From a virus, in IMG/VR virus record IMGVR_UViG_3300012953_000001, positions 1 to 64,000 of that record: DNA of 64,000 nucleotides. The stretch is one strand, 5' to 3'. The notes under the pieces are model-generated. The model was not told the origin of the DNA and did no database searches. It saw only the letters and a program-made list of their open reading frames with translations. A program made the position numbers and the translations under genes. This document shows positions 54,083 to 63,776 of the stretch, in pieces; position 1 is the first letter of the stretch; every line of letters starts with the position of its first letter.

Positions 54083-54519
54083 TGGCCCAATTAACTAGGT
54101 TTGGTCAGGTAATAAAGAAATTAAGAGACTCTTCTGGATATACGTCCAGAAGGAGTTTCGCCATTGATTGCGGATTATCTGCGGAAACTATACGTAATTA
54201 TGAGTCTGGTAAGGCGCTCCCTTCTAACCAAGCACTCATGCAAATGCTCAAAGTTTTAGAGCTAGAGTTGTCCTCTAATGAGGCTAAAGAGGTTATTGCC
54301 TCCTTGCATGAAGCTCGAAGAAGTAGGGCCGTAGGCAATAAAAGGTCCTACGGAGCAGCGGCAAATTTAGAACTAAGTAAGTACCTAAGTGATTCAAATG
54401 TCTCTGAGGAAAAGATAGAAGCACTAATATCTCTGTTTCTGGAGTATATCAACCCTGATAGACAGAGTGATAGTTTCATGTATTTCTTAAGACAGAAGAT
54501 AACAAAGATATTGGAGTAA
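54082..54519 (+). CDS. XRE-family HTH transcriptional regulator
   Basis: FGQVIKKLR…SRRSFAIDCGLSAETIRNYESGKALP; start ATG 54082 after GAGGAG. Confidence 0.85.
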   Translation: MAQLTRFGQVIKKLRDSSGYTSRRSFAIDCGLSAETIRNYESGKALPSNQALMQMLKVLELELSSNEAKEVIASLHEARRSRAVGNKRSYGAAANLELSKYLSDSNVSEEKIEALISLFLEYINPDRQSDSFMYFLRQKITKILE

Positions 54520-54523
54520 CTAT

Positions 54524-55927
54524 ATGATGTACCTCCCCGAACTGGACGGAGGGGCCCGCATTCTGGATGAGGCTTTTGCCTCCGCCAGCATGTGGATTCC
54601 AAAAAGTATGGTAGAAAACCGTGACGCATTTATTCGTGCAACAACGGTACGTACCGAGAATTCACGCACCGGAGAGGTCAAAACAATCTCTTTGGCCCAC
54701 AGCCGCAAAAATCACCTAGTGGTCGCTAGGCACCTATTCACAGAAGAAGAGTGGGAGTCTCGACTTGGGAATTGGAGTATTCCCGCTATGGAGATTTTCT
54801 GGGATAACTTTGACTTCGGGGACAAAATATCTCCGAGGGATAAGTCCCAAAAGGAGGCGTGGGAGGCATTTTCAACCGCAGAGAATGGGGTTCTAAACCT
54901 TGCTTGCGGTAAGGGCAAGACAGTGATGGCCCTAAAGAAGATCGCTCAACGCGGCCATCCAGCCATAGTCATTGTTAATAATAGAGGGCTAATGGATCAG
55001 TGGCGGGAGCGGGCCTGTGAATTTCTTGATATCGATGAGAAAGATATTGGTATTGTTCAAGGCCCCAAAGCTGAGTGGGATAAGCCTCTTGTGCTGGCAA
55101 TGATTCATTCGTTAGCCAATCATGCAGAGCGTGGTCTAGATATGGACCACAGGCTTAGGTTTGGTACGGTAATATTTGATGAGGTTCATCACTTAAGTGC
55201 CACCAAGTTTAGCCAGACTGCTGATTTATTTCTCGGTAATAGATACGGATTGACTGCTACCCCTACCCGGGAAGACGGTTTGGAAGATGTGTACTACGCA
55301 CATATCGGAAGAATCTTTCACAGTGATTTGGTGGGTGATCTAACTGCGAAGATATTCTTCGTAAAGATACCAACTCCTCTCCCCCCAAATGAGTCAATCA
55401 TACAAGATAAAACTGGAGAGTTCTCTGCTCCCAAAATGTATACGTATCTCGCTAATAACGAGGAAAGGAACTGTAGAATCTTGAAGTGTGTTTGTGATGC
55501 ACTAGACAAAGGTCGAAAGATCTTAGTACTGGCCCACAGTAAAGCGCACCCCCAAATTCTACAGGATAAATTTCTCGACAATAAGCGTATGAAAGGATAT
55601 ACAAGCGGCGTCGTTACTGGAGATACCTCCGGTGGGGACCGCACCAAGATAATCAGAGACTCTGATGTTGCGTTTGCAACTTTCCAGGTGGCTAAGGAAG
55701 GACTCGACGTTGCTGAGTTGGACACATTGTTATTCGCTACCCCATTCAAGTCTTGGGGCGCTTTCCAACAAGGGAAGGGGCGTATCGAACGACAGTTCAA
55801 TGGCAAAAAAGATCCTATCGTCCTGGTCATGGATGACACATACATCGGAGCATCTACCAACATGTGCCGAGCGCTTAAACGAGGAATTGTACAGAATGGA
55901 TTATCTTTCAAAACCGTCGAAGGATGA
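54524..55927 (+). CDS. Superfamily 2 DNA helicase (UvsW/XPB-like)
   Basis: SPRDKSQ, LACGKGKT, IFDEVHH, GLTATP.RED, KEGLDV, QGKGRIER. Confidence 0.9.
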   Translation: MMYLPELDGGARILDEAFASASMWIPKSMVENRDAFIRATTVRTENSRTGEVKTISLAHSRKNHLVVARHLFTEEEWESRLGNWSIPAMEIFWDNFDFGDKISPRDKSQKEAWEAFSTAENGVLNLACGKGKTVMALKKIAQRGHPAIVIVNNRGLMDQWRERACEFLDIDEKDIGIVQGPKAEWDKPLVLAMIHSLANHAERGLDMDHRLRFGTVIFDEVHHLSATKFSQTADLFLGNRYGLTATPTREDGLEDVYYAHIGRIFHSDLVGDLTAKIFFVKIPTPLPPNESIIQDKTGEFSAPKMYTYLANNEERNCRILKCVCDALDKGRKILVLAHSKAHPQILQDKFLDNKRMKGYTSGVVTGDTSGGDRTKIIRDSDVAFATFQVAKEGLDVAELDTLLFATPFKSWGAFQQGKGRIERQFNGKKDPIVLVMDDTYIGASTNMCRALKRGIVQNGLSFKTVEG

Positions 55928-56576
55928 TCTTAAGTCATATCTACACACATTCAACAACTGTACAGCGTGCAGACTTCATAAGAACAAAAAGGGTTTAATC
56001 CTTGGACGAGGGAGCATCCACGCGTCTGTTGTTGTGTTGTTAGATAGGTCGAGTGTTCGCGCCGCATATAGTGGAAACATTATGGACGGCGGTGAAGGAC
56101 AAACGCTTCAACAAGTCTTACGATTTGTAGCGGAAGATTATCCAGTAATACGTGAAAATTTCCTTTGGGTAACCCCCGTAACTATCTGCCCTACACAGAG
56201 GCCCGGAAAGCAAGAGATGCTACCGACGCCTACTGCCAAGGAGCAGGCAGCTTGCTTTGAAAGGTTATCTGGGGAACTACATCGCATACAGCCTGAAATC
56301 ATCATTGCTTGTGGTTCAGCCGCCTATAAGGCAGTTACTCCCACAGGAAGTGGTTCCTACGACGAGCGCGTAGGTAGGGTTGTAGAGGCATATATTAACG
56401 GTGATATTGGGAAATATCCGATACCCGTGATGGTGACTTATTCAATGAACCAACTGTTTCGGAATCCGACGCAAAATGTCGGAGGTGTATGGAATAAGAC
56501 AGTTGGCCACTTCAAACAGGCTGTATCAATAGCCGAAACTTTATTGAAAACAAGGAGGACCTCAAATGGGGTATAG
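55896..56576 (+). CDS. Family-4 uracil-DNA-glycosylase-like protein with degenerate catalytic motifs
   Basis: CTACRLH…GRG; WVTPVTICP; CFERL..EL..IQPEIIIACGSAA. Motif A reads LDRSS instead of GEAPG, motif B YSMN instead of HPS. Start ATG 55896. Confidence 0.7.
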   Translation: MDYLSKPSKDDLKSYLHTFNNCTACRLHKNKKGLILGRGSIHASVVVLLDRSSVRAAYSGNIMDGGEGQTLQQVLRFVAEDYPVIRENFLWVTPVTICPTQRPGKQEMLPTPTAKEQAACFERLSGELHRIQPEIIIACGSAAYKAVTPTGSGSYDERVGRVVEAYINGDIGKYPIPVMVTYSMNQLFRNPTQNVGGVWNKTVGHFKQAVSIAETLLKTRRTSNGV

Positions 56577-56997
56577 TTCAAAACAAACAGAAGCAAGAAA
56601 AGCAGTAGAGAAGTTCGAGGAGTCGCGACAAGCGATCCACACCTTCCTAGAAGAACACCCACAACTTATGGATATTTTTATCCCGTTGATGGACCAGTAC
56701 AATGTCAACCTGTCCGAAGCAAAACAGTTGGTGCGGAATCTTCCGGGTTCCGATAAGCTCTCTATCGGACCATTCACAAGAACCGCTCGTCCTAAGTCAG
56801 TTGTCTATGACGCCACAAAGGTTAACCCTGAAGTTTTGGGGCTACCGGGTGTCGTTAAGAAAATTGACGCAAAGGAAGTTGACCGATTGATTGTGGCTGG
56901 GACAATCTCCCATGCAGATGTAGAAGATGGGCAGTCTGAGGAGTTTGGCTCTGCCAGAGTTCTTGGTCCGAAAGAAATTGTATTGAAAGTTGTCTAA
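56566..56997 (+). CDS. Hypothetical protein
   Basis: GGAGG RBS; 143 aa. Confidence 0.65.
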   Translation: MGYSSKQTEARKAVEKFEESRQAIHTFLEEHPQLMDIFIPLMDQYNVNLSEAKQLVRNLPGSDKLSIGPFTRTARPKSVVYDATKVNPEVLGLPGVVKKIDAKEVDRLIVAGTISHADVEDGQSEEFGSARVLGPKEIVLKVV

Positions 56998-57000
56998 CCA

Positions 57001-57453
57001 ATGGCTGGCTATAAAAAGAAAGCCGTGGCTGACACCCCCTCACTAGCTGAGGGGTTTGCCACCCTGCGACGTACCACGGTAAAGAGTTGGGGTTCTAAAG
57101 ATGACATTCAAAGTGAGGATGAAAGAATGGAAGAACAAATTCCTGTAAAGTCGTTGGTCTCTGGAGACCCTGCCGCTGCTGCGTCTGTTACCGCTAGTGT
57201 GTCCACTAAGATGTCAGACGCTGTGTATTACCCGCCTAACGGTACTTGGGACAAAATCCCATATAGCGTAGAGGTATTTTCAAGCGTGACCTTAAAGTGT
57301 GATCAAGATTCCGACACCATTAAGTCGGCCCATGAGATGGCTTATGATCTCGCATGGGACTCATCTAGGGAGCATATTTTGAAAGCAGTTGCGGGACACA
57401 CGGTAGATATTAAACAACGTCTCTGCCCAGGCTACTTCTCGGAAGAGGGGTAG
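57001..57453 (+). CDS. Hypothetical protein
   Basis: 150 aa in a tightly packed operon. Confidence 0.6.
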   Translation: MAGYKKKAVADTPSLAEGFATLRRTTVKSWGSKDDIQSEDERMEEQIPVKSLVSGDPAAAASVTASVSTKMSDAVYYPPNGTWDKIPYSVEVFSSVTLKCDQDSDTIKSAHEMAYDLAWDSSREHILKAVAGHTVDIKQRLCPGYFSEEG

Positions 57454-57457
57454 TCTT

Positions 57458-57757
57458 ATGGCGGACTTATTGAAGTGCAACATAGATTCCCTGCACGCTC
57501 ATAGCATTGAGGTTTTTAGTTCAGATGCCGCTGGTAGTCATGCGGTTATCAAAGCTAAGATCGGCTTTAGCGTTGCAGGGAAACCTGTTGGAGAAGTATC
57601 TGTAGATGGTTTAGAGCAAAATGAAGATGTCATAGAGGCCGCAAGATTACTTGTTGCTGCTGTGGAGAAAGCTTTTGCGCCGACCGTAGGCATTATAAGC
57701 GAACTAGACGAAAAGAAACCGGAAGAAAACCCGCCTGCGGGCATCACCGATTTCTAG
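57458..57757 (+). CDS. Hypothetical protein
   Basis: 99 aa, GAGGGG RBS. Confidence 0.6.
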   Translation: MADLLKCNIDSLHAHSIEVFSSDAAGSHAVIKAKIGFSVAGKPVGEVSVDGLEQNEDVIEAARLLVAAVEKAFAPTVGIISELDEKKPEENPPAGITDF

Positions 57758-57775
57758 CGACAACATGGAGGTCAC

Positions 57776-59188
57776 ATGGCATCAAACTGGGAGTTGCAAC
57801 TTATTGCGTCAATTGTACGAGGGGAATCGCCAGCCGACCTTTTCGAAAGCGCTCAGAAAGAAGGTATCACCTTCCGCACATTCGGAGGCATGGAGGCGAA
57901 AACCTTATGGGCAACCATAGACGCGCACTATAAACGACCTAAAAATTTTGGTCACGTACCCAGCGAACAAGCATTAGGGGAGCAGTTCCCCTCACTGGAC
58001 CTGCCAAAGCCTGTTGAAAACTTTCTAGACCTTTGTGGAAAGATTAGAGACGGACATCTCAGAAGAGAGGCAGAGACAGCATTAAATAAGTATCTGAGCG
58101 ATATTGAGCCTAGTAAAGGTGCCGAGGTTGTTAGTAAGCTCCATGAGCATCTAGGACAGCTTCTAGAGCAAGCGGTAGCTGACAACGACGTTTGCTTTTC
58201 CAAGGTAGCTTTTCAGGAATGTGTGGATGAACTCCAATCTGTGGAGTCCTCCAGCGGCATGACTGGAATGCCTTGGCCTTGGGCGAGGCTAAATGCTGCT
58301 ACCCAGGGTATTCAACCCGGTGATTACATCATGGTCTGGGCTTTGCCTAAGAACATGAAAACTTGGTTTGGGTTGGTGATTGCTGCGTACCTTCTCGAAA
58401 CGGGTCGTAGAGTTCTTATCTACTCTAAGGAAATGACTTGGGACGCAGTTAGAAGACGGCTTGCTTGTATTATCGCAAAAGTAAATTACACAAAACTAAA
58501 AGAGGGTAGCCTGTCCTCTGCTGAGACTGAGCAATACTTACAAAAACTAGAAGAGATATGCGACCCTCAATTTCCTGGGGATGTCTGGTTCACGCAAGCT
58601 GACCGTGCAGACGGTAGTGTTGGTGGTCCTGACGATATCCGTAGGAAGATAGAGGTGTTTCGTCCTCACTTTGTATTGTTGGACTCTGCTTACATGCTGG
58701 AGCTTCCTGGTTCTGGTGCGAGTGCTTTGGACTGGAAACAGATGTCTATCGTCAATAGGCGCTTAAAGCAGATTGCAAAAACCACAGGGATACCAATGCT
58801 GGCTATCCTACAGGAGAACGAAAGAAGTGCGTATAAGTATTCAAAGTCTAGGGGGACAGCTTCCTTGGCTATGAACACTGGTGCGGTCATGGACTGTGAT
58901 GTTGGTATCCGGTTGGTCTATCACAAGCGTCGGGAAGAGATCTCTATCCACCTTGCCGCTGCTCGTGAAACGACTGACGAAGGATTCACGATCAACGCCC
59001 TAGCGGCTGAGAACTTTAACTACGCACACGACGGGCTGTATACGCTCGCAGACGTTCAAGAAGAAGAGGAAGAAGTGTCCCTTCCAGAAGGGGTGTCCGA
59101 TCAACCTACAGTTGACGAATCGGTCACCAGCCCTTTAATGGCCATTAGTAGAGATCGTGATGAGATCGATGATGACCTTGGGTTGTAG
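57776..59188 (+). CDS. dnaB: DnaB-like replicative helicase
   Basis: WARLNAATQGIQPGDYI; Walker A variant ALPKNMKT; YSKEM; Walker B VLLDSAY; LKQIAK…IPML..LQ; adjacent to primase. Confidence 0.85.
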   Translation: MASNWELQLIASIVRGESPADLFESAQKEGITFRTFGGMEAKTLWATIDAHYKRPKNFGHVPSEQALGEQFPSLDLPKPVENFLDLCGKIRDGHLRREAETALNKYLSDIEPSKGAEVVSKLHEHLGQLLEQAVADNDVCFSKVAFQECVDELQSVESSSGMTGMPWPWARLNAATQGIQPGDYIMVWALPKNMKTWFGLVIAAYLLETGRRVLIYSKEMTWDAVRRRLACIIAKVNYTKLKEGSLSSAETEQYLQKLEEICDPQFPGDVWFTQADRADGSVGGPDDIRRKIEVFRPHFVLLDSAYMLELPGSGASALDWKQMSIVNRRLKQIAKTTGIPMLAILQENERSAYKYSKSRGTASLAMNTGAVMDCDVGIRLVYHKRREEISIHLAAARETTDEGFTINALAAENFNYAHDGLYTLADVQEEEEEVSLPEGVSDQPTVDESVTSPLMAISRDRDEIDDDLGL

Positions 59189-59190
59189 CT

Positions 59191-60177
59191 ATGGATTATA
59201 GACATGAAATCATGTCCATATTGCAGAGCCACATAAGATTCCACGAACACCAATCCGGTACTACAAATGTCGCTGCTTACTGCCCCTTTCATAAGGGTGG
59301 TAAGGAGTCTAAGCCCTCATTCTACGTGTACGTAGGGCCTCCCACGAGCAACAAGCTCCCAGGGGCCTGTTTCTGTCATACGTGTAGTGAGGGTTGGAGC
59401 CTGATAGGTCTCCTAAAGAAGTTGTCTGTACCGAACTCCCTTATAGACACCATACGGTCCCACGTAGAAGAAGCTTACCCTGAGCAAAAAAGGGACAAGC
59501 TCGAATTTGGGTGGACCCAACTACCTGAGGCGGTTCTAGGCATGTTTTCTTACATGCCTAAGAACTTGCTTGAGATTGGTTTTTCTGAGGAGGTGTTACG
59601 TGAGTATGAAGTGGGCTTTGACAGAGGGCGTAAGAGGATAATTTTCCCCATTCGAAACCACCTTGGTGAGTTAGTGGCTATGTCTGGTCGTACCGTAAAG
59701 GACGCTTGGCCTAGGTACAAAATTTACAAGGAAGAGCTGTCCGAAGTTGTTGGCGGGTACTCTTTCGATAAGAAGGCGGTCTTGTGGGGACTAGATAAAT
59801 TTTATAATTCTCGCATGTATAATGATAGAAACATTGACATGCCTGTAGTAGTGTGTGAAGGATTCAAAGCAGCCTTGTGGGTTATCCAGAGTGGATACCC
59901 CTTCACCGTAGCAATTCTAGGGTCTTACTTGAGTAAGGAACAAGAAGCATTGTTATCAAGAGTAGCAAATCGGGTTGTGCTATTTCTCGATAATGATGAT
60001 GCGGGTAGAAAGGCTACTCACAAGATCATGGAGAACCAGCTTCAAGGTCTTGATTTAAAAGCTGCCAATTATAGGCAGAACCATGGCAAGTCTCCCGATG
60101 ACTTGTCGCTAACAGAGGTGCAAGCCGCGATAGAGACGGCACTAACACCGATTACTTGGAGGAGATCCAATGAGTAA
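59191..60177 (+). CDS. dnaG: DNA primase (Zn finger plus TOPRIM)
   Basis: CPFH…PSF…CFCHTC; RIIFPIRN…SGR; VCEGFKA; FLDNDDAG; KSPD. Confidence 0.9.
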   Translation: MDYRHEIMSILQSHIRFHEHQSGTTNVAAYCPFHKGGKESKPSFYVYVGPPTSNKLPGACFCHTCSEGWSLIGLLKKLSVPNSLIDTIRSHVEEAYPEQKRDKLEFGWTQLPEAVLGMFSYMPKNLLEIGFSEEVLREYEVGFDRGRKRIIFPIRNHLGELVAMSGRTVKDAWPRYKIYKEELSEVVGGYSFDKKAVLWGLDKFYNSRMYNDRNIDMPVVVCEGFKAALWVIQSGYPFTVAILGSYLSKEQEALLSRVANRVVLFLDNDDAGRKATHKIMENQLQGLDLKAANYRQNHGKSPDDLSLTEVQAAIETALTPITWRRSNE

Positions 60178-61297
60178 AGTTGATTACGCAGAATTTCAAA
60201 AAATGCAGGCAGAGAAACGCCAGCGGCTTCTTAATAAAACTAAGCAAGCCAACCGCCCTAGCGGCGGAGGCGGAAACAAGAGTGGGGGCTATGAGGTTCC
60301 TGCTTGGAAGAAACGCCAAGAGTACTTCAAGCCTGGAACGGAGCCCACAAAGATCCGCCTTATCCCTAATGATAAAGGAGAACTGTGGTATCCCTACATG
60401 AGCAAGTGGGTTTCTACCGCGAAAGGAAAGAGAAATATTATCTCTAATGCCTGGAACGGTGACAGAGACATGCCGTGTGTCCTCTACTACTACGCAGTGG
60501 AGAATGAGAACGCGGACTACCTTGCCTCGGAGCAAATGGTCACAACCGTACTTGTCTTGGAAGATTACTATAAGATCCCCAAGACATCTGCCAAAGGTAA
60601 CGAGTACCACGTGTACGAGAAAAGCCTTGGCACAGATAAGCACGGTAGGACCTTAGACCCCGCAGAGTATCAGAGTTATGAGAAGTCATTTGGGAGGAAA
60701 CTGCATTGGTCTATGTGGCCAAGCCAGCAGCGGAATTTCATGAATACGCTTCTCAGTCTTGTAGACAAATGTGCAAACTGCAAAGACGGTGAAATCAGTG
60801 TGTACGCGTATGGTTGCCCCCAGTGTGGAGGAACCATCGCGGACCACCGAGAAGAGCCTATCGACCGAGAAAGCGAACAGGTTCTGAGAACACAGAGCGT
60901 TGTTTGCCCTCATTGCGAGGCAACAGTCGTTGCGGAGCAGCAGTATGAGTGTGTAAAGCAAGACGGTTATGGAGGCGATTGGGTTGAGGGCTGTGGTAGC
61001 CCTATCCGTATCTCGCTCGATGAACCTCTCGACCTTGTTATTCGAGCCGTACCTGCCGGTAGAAGTGTCGCTATCGAAGTCTTGGAGTTTGGCCCCGCGT
61101 CAGACGACGGAAAGTCTATTCCTGACTGGATGACCAAGCCTTTCGAGTTCGACTCTTTCTTCGGGAAGATGGACTTGGCTGATCAAGCGAACTCTATGGG
61201 TCTCCCGATGCCCTTCGAGGAATCGGCACAAGCTCTTGTAGATCAATTTTTTGAAGCACAGGCCGACGAGGAAGATGACGATAGCATCCCCTTCTAG
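60170..61297 (+). CDS. Single-stranded DNA-binding protein with Zn ribbons
   Basis: KIRLIP (gp32-like start); CANC, CPQC, CPHC; acidic tail ending DEEDDDSIPF; followed by a strong terminator. Confidence 0.75.
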   Translation: MSKVDYAEFQKMQAEKRQRLLNKTKQANRPSGGGGNKSGGYEVPAWKKRQEYFKPGTEPTKIRLIPNDKGELWYPYMSKWVSTAKGKRNIISNAWNGDRDMPCVLYYYAVENENADYLASEQMVTTVLVLEDYYKIPKTSAKGNEYHVYEKSLGTDKHGRTLDPAEYQSYEKSFGRKLHWSMWPSQQRNFMNTLLSLVDKCANCKDGEISVYAYGCPQCGGTIADHREEPIDRESEQVLRTQSVVCPHCEATVVAEQQYECVKQDGYGGDWVEGCGSPIRISLDEPLDLVIRAVPAGRSVAIEVLEFGPASDDGKSIPDWMTKPFEFDSFFGKMDLADQANSMGLPMPFEESAQALVDQFFEAQADEEDDDSIPF

Positions 61298-61308
61298 GCG
61301 GTAATTAG

Positions 61309-61344
61309 GCGGGGGCTCGGGAGACCGGGTCCCCGCTTTCTTTT
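61309..61344 (+). terminator. Intrinsic terminator with GAGA tetraloop
   Basis: GCGGGGGCTCGG-GAGA-CCGGGTCCCCGC (12 bp, 2 G-U), then TTTCTTTT. Confidence 0.85.
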
Positions 61345-61360
61345 CCCAAGGAGGACTATC

Positions 61361-63250
61361 ATGGGGATGTTTACGCTTCTTCCAGAAGCAATCGCAATTC
61401 GTACGCCTGAACAAGCTGCTCAGGTGATTGAGGACTACTCGGACGCTAGGATTGTAGCGTTTGATACGGAGACCACTGGTCTGTCTCGGTCTAAAGACCG
61501 CGCCGTTATTTTAGCCATAAGTGATGGTGAAAGCCGTTACGCAATTTATCCAGAAGTAATTCCTTACTTCAAAGACTTCTTAGAGAATCCCGAACTAAAG
61601 CTCGTTGCTCACAACGCAAACTTTGACCAGTGGATGCTCTTAAATATTGGCATCGACCTTAATAGGCACTCTTTGCGGAACCACTACCGTGTCTACGACA
61701 CAATGGTTATGCATGCGTTGGTTGATGACACAATTGGCCACGATCTTAAGTCGCTCGTAAAAAGTTACTTAGGTATCGAGATGGTCCCATTCAAGAGTGT
61801 CTTCGGTTCACAGATGCGCCGAAGAACACTTCATGACCTACTACTAGATCCGGAAAATGAGGAGGTAGTGACGAACTACGCCTCCTTGGATGCGTACGCC
61901 ACCTTTAAGCTTTTCATCGCGCTCCGAGAGGAGTTGATGGAAATGTTTACTGGTAATAATGAGTACAAGAGTCTCTGGGAGTACTATTACAAAACAGAGC
62001 TTCCTTTCACAAAGATACTTTGGGAAATGGAGCGTGTTGGCGTCAAGATCGACAAGGACGCACTGCTTGAGCAGGCTCCCAAGATCGAAGCAGAGCTTTT
62101 GTCTATCCAGAAATGGTTCGGACGAGAGATGCGGCAACTGTATGTGAACCTAAACTCTAAAGACCAAATGGGTGCTTTCTTCTTTGGAGAACTTGGCCAC
62201 AAGCCTCTGTCTTATACAGAGAAAGGCAAACCCCAGCTAAACGCAGCCACTCTACAAAAGTGGGAACGTGGTGGTTGTGAGTACGCCACTAAGCTCCTTA
62301 GATATAGGGACCAAGATAAGAAGCTCTCCACATACATAACAAACTTGTTGGACCGGATACATATAGACGACAGGATCCATGCGACGTTCAATCAAACGGG
62401 AGCAAGGACCGGTCGATTAAGTTCTTCTGAACCGAACCTACAGAACCAACCCGCGTACATCAGAGGTGCCTATGTAGGTTCAAATATGACCAAGTTATAC
62501 GCTGCTGACTATGCGCAGCTTGAGATGCGTATCCTTGCGCATTTCTCAGAAGACCCTTCCCTAATAAACGCCATCAGAAGTGGCCAGGATGTGCACACAA
62601 GTACCGCCTCTAAAATGTTCAAAGTTCCCTATGAAGACATCATGGTTGCAAGGGAAAAAGACGACAATGATGAGGAGCTTACTGCTCATGAAAAGACACT
62701 TCTCAAGCATCGAAAAGGCGCGAAAGCTATTAACTTTGGGCTCATGTATGGGCAGGGTTCTGGGCGGTTAGCTGCCACCCTGAATTGCTCTATCGATGAA
62801 GCAAAGATGCTTATCCGCCAGTATTTTGCGGCCTTCCCTAAGGTCACGAAGTATTTCAAAAGTGCTATTCGGGAAGCTTCTGAACTAGAGTACTGCTCCA
62901 CCATTCTTGGTAGACGCAGACAAGTTCCAGGGCTGAATTCAAATGTCAGCATGGACAGAGGTAACGCAGAGCGTCAAGTGAAGAACTCCCCCATTCAAGG
63001 GACCGCTGCCGATATTACTAAACTGGCAATGATCCGCTTATGGGAAGACCCACTCATCGAAGCCTCTGGAGCGAAGATGGTCATCCAAGTTCACGATGAA
63101 ATCGTGTTCGAGGTACCGGACGAGTTCGTAAATGATGAAGAATTTAACAACAGAATTTCAGATCTAATGGCCCAACCTTTCTCGTTTGACCTAGCGGTTC
63201 CGCTGGAGACCTCGGGTAAGTACGGGGCTAACTGGTCGGAGTGTAAGTGA
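61361..63250 (+). CDS. polA: Family A DNA polymerase with 3'-5' exonuclease, no 5'-3' exonuclease
   Basis: AFDTETTGL, HNANFD, YASLDA; TGRLSSSEPNLQN; DYAQLEMR; RKGAKAINFGLMYG; VHDEI. Confidence 0.95.
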   Translation: MGMFTLLPEAIAIRTPEQAAQVIEDYSDARIVAFDTETTGLSRSKDRAVILAISDGESRYAIYPEVIPYFKDFLENPELKLVAHNANFDQWMLLNIGIDLNRHSLRNHYRVYDTMVMHALVDDTIGHDLKSLVKSYLGIEMVPFKSVFGSQMRRRTLHDLLLDPENEEVVTNYASLDAYATFKLFIALREELMEMFTGNNEYKSLWEYYYKTELPFTKILWEMERVGVKIDKDALLEQAPKIEAELLSIQKWFGREMRQLYVNLNSKDQMGAFFFGELGHKPLSYTEKGKPQLNAATLQKWERGGCEYATKLLRYRDQDKKLSTYITNLLDRIHIDDRIHATFNQTGARTGRLSSSEPNLQNQPAYIRGAYVGSNMTKLYAADYAQLEMRILAHFSEDPSLINAIRSGQDVHTSTASKMFKVPYEDIMVAREKDDNDEELTAHEKTLLKHRKGAKAINFGLMYGQGSGRLAATLNCSIDEAKMLIRQYFAAFPKVTKYFKSAIREASELEYCSTILGRRRQVPGLNSNVSMDRGNAERQVKNSPIQGTAADITKLAMIRLWEDPLIEASGAKMVIQVHDEIVFEVPDEFVNDEEFNNRISDLMAQPFSFDLAVPLETSGKYGANWSECK

Positions 63251-63393
63251 TGAACGAAATAATTCTTGAGATAGTGAGGGTGGTTCTAGCTGACGAGGCC
63301 CTTAGAGAGCAGGTTTTGTCTGAGTTGGATATTACCGATGAGGCGGCTTGGGCAATTAAAGAAGCCTACGAAAACCAAGACGAGACTTTATGA
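63250..63393 (+). CDS. 47-aa acidic peptide (not in ORF track)
   Basis: TGATG and ATGA overlaps at both ends: MNEIILEIVRVVLADEALREQVL…. Confidence 0.55.
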   Translation: MNEIILEIVRVVLADEALREQVLSELDITDEAAWAIKEAYENQDETL

Positions 63394-63581
63394 AAACCCC
63401 GTGGAGCAAGCACGAGGATGAAATGGTGCGGAGGCTTTGGCCGACACACCACGTCACCCGAATAGCTAGAAAGCTGAAGCGTTCTGACGCTGCGGTAGCC
63501 CGCAGAGCTTATAGACTTCTTGGTACCAAGCGTATCCAGGAGATTAGACAACTAAATAAAAAGCTGCGGGAGAGTCGATGA
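63390..63581 (+). CDS. Myb/GcrA-like HTH protein
   Basis: PWSKHEDEMVRRLW…IARKLKRSDAAV..RAYRL. Confidence 0.65.
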   Translation: MKTPWSKHEDEMVRRLWPTHHVTRIARKLKRSDAAVARRAYRLLGTKRIQEIRQLNKKLRESR

Positions 63582-63766
63582 TGGAGCGACATTACAGAAT
63601 AATTATTGAGGAGGAGCTACGGGCTAACAACCCAAAGCAAGCCCTCGTGTACGCCTTAGAAAGAATACAGACCGAAGAAACTGTCGCGTCTGTGACATGT
63701 GAATCTACTGGAGAAGTTTTCCATTACGAGATTCAAACCTTACAACGATTAGATAACGAAAATTGA
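63578..63766 (+). CDS. Small hypothetical protein
   Basis: GGGAG RBS; coupled ORF. Confidence 0.55.
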   Translation: MMERHYRIIIEEELRANNPKQALVYALERIQTEETVASVTCESTGEVFHYEIQTLQRLDNEN

Positions 63767-63776
63767 GGAGGTCCTT

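Noticed and set aside
55665-55895. Extended N-terminus of the UDG-like ORF
   Set aside because: It lies inside the helicase gene; the UDG-like sequence begins after ATG 55896.
30210-63250. Inteins or introns in terminase, RNAP, helicases or polymerase
   Set aside because: Conserved motifs are collinear at expected spacing; no splice-junction or homing-endonuclease motifs were seen.
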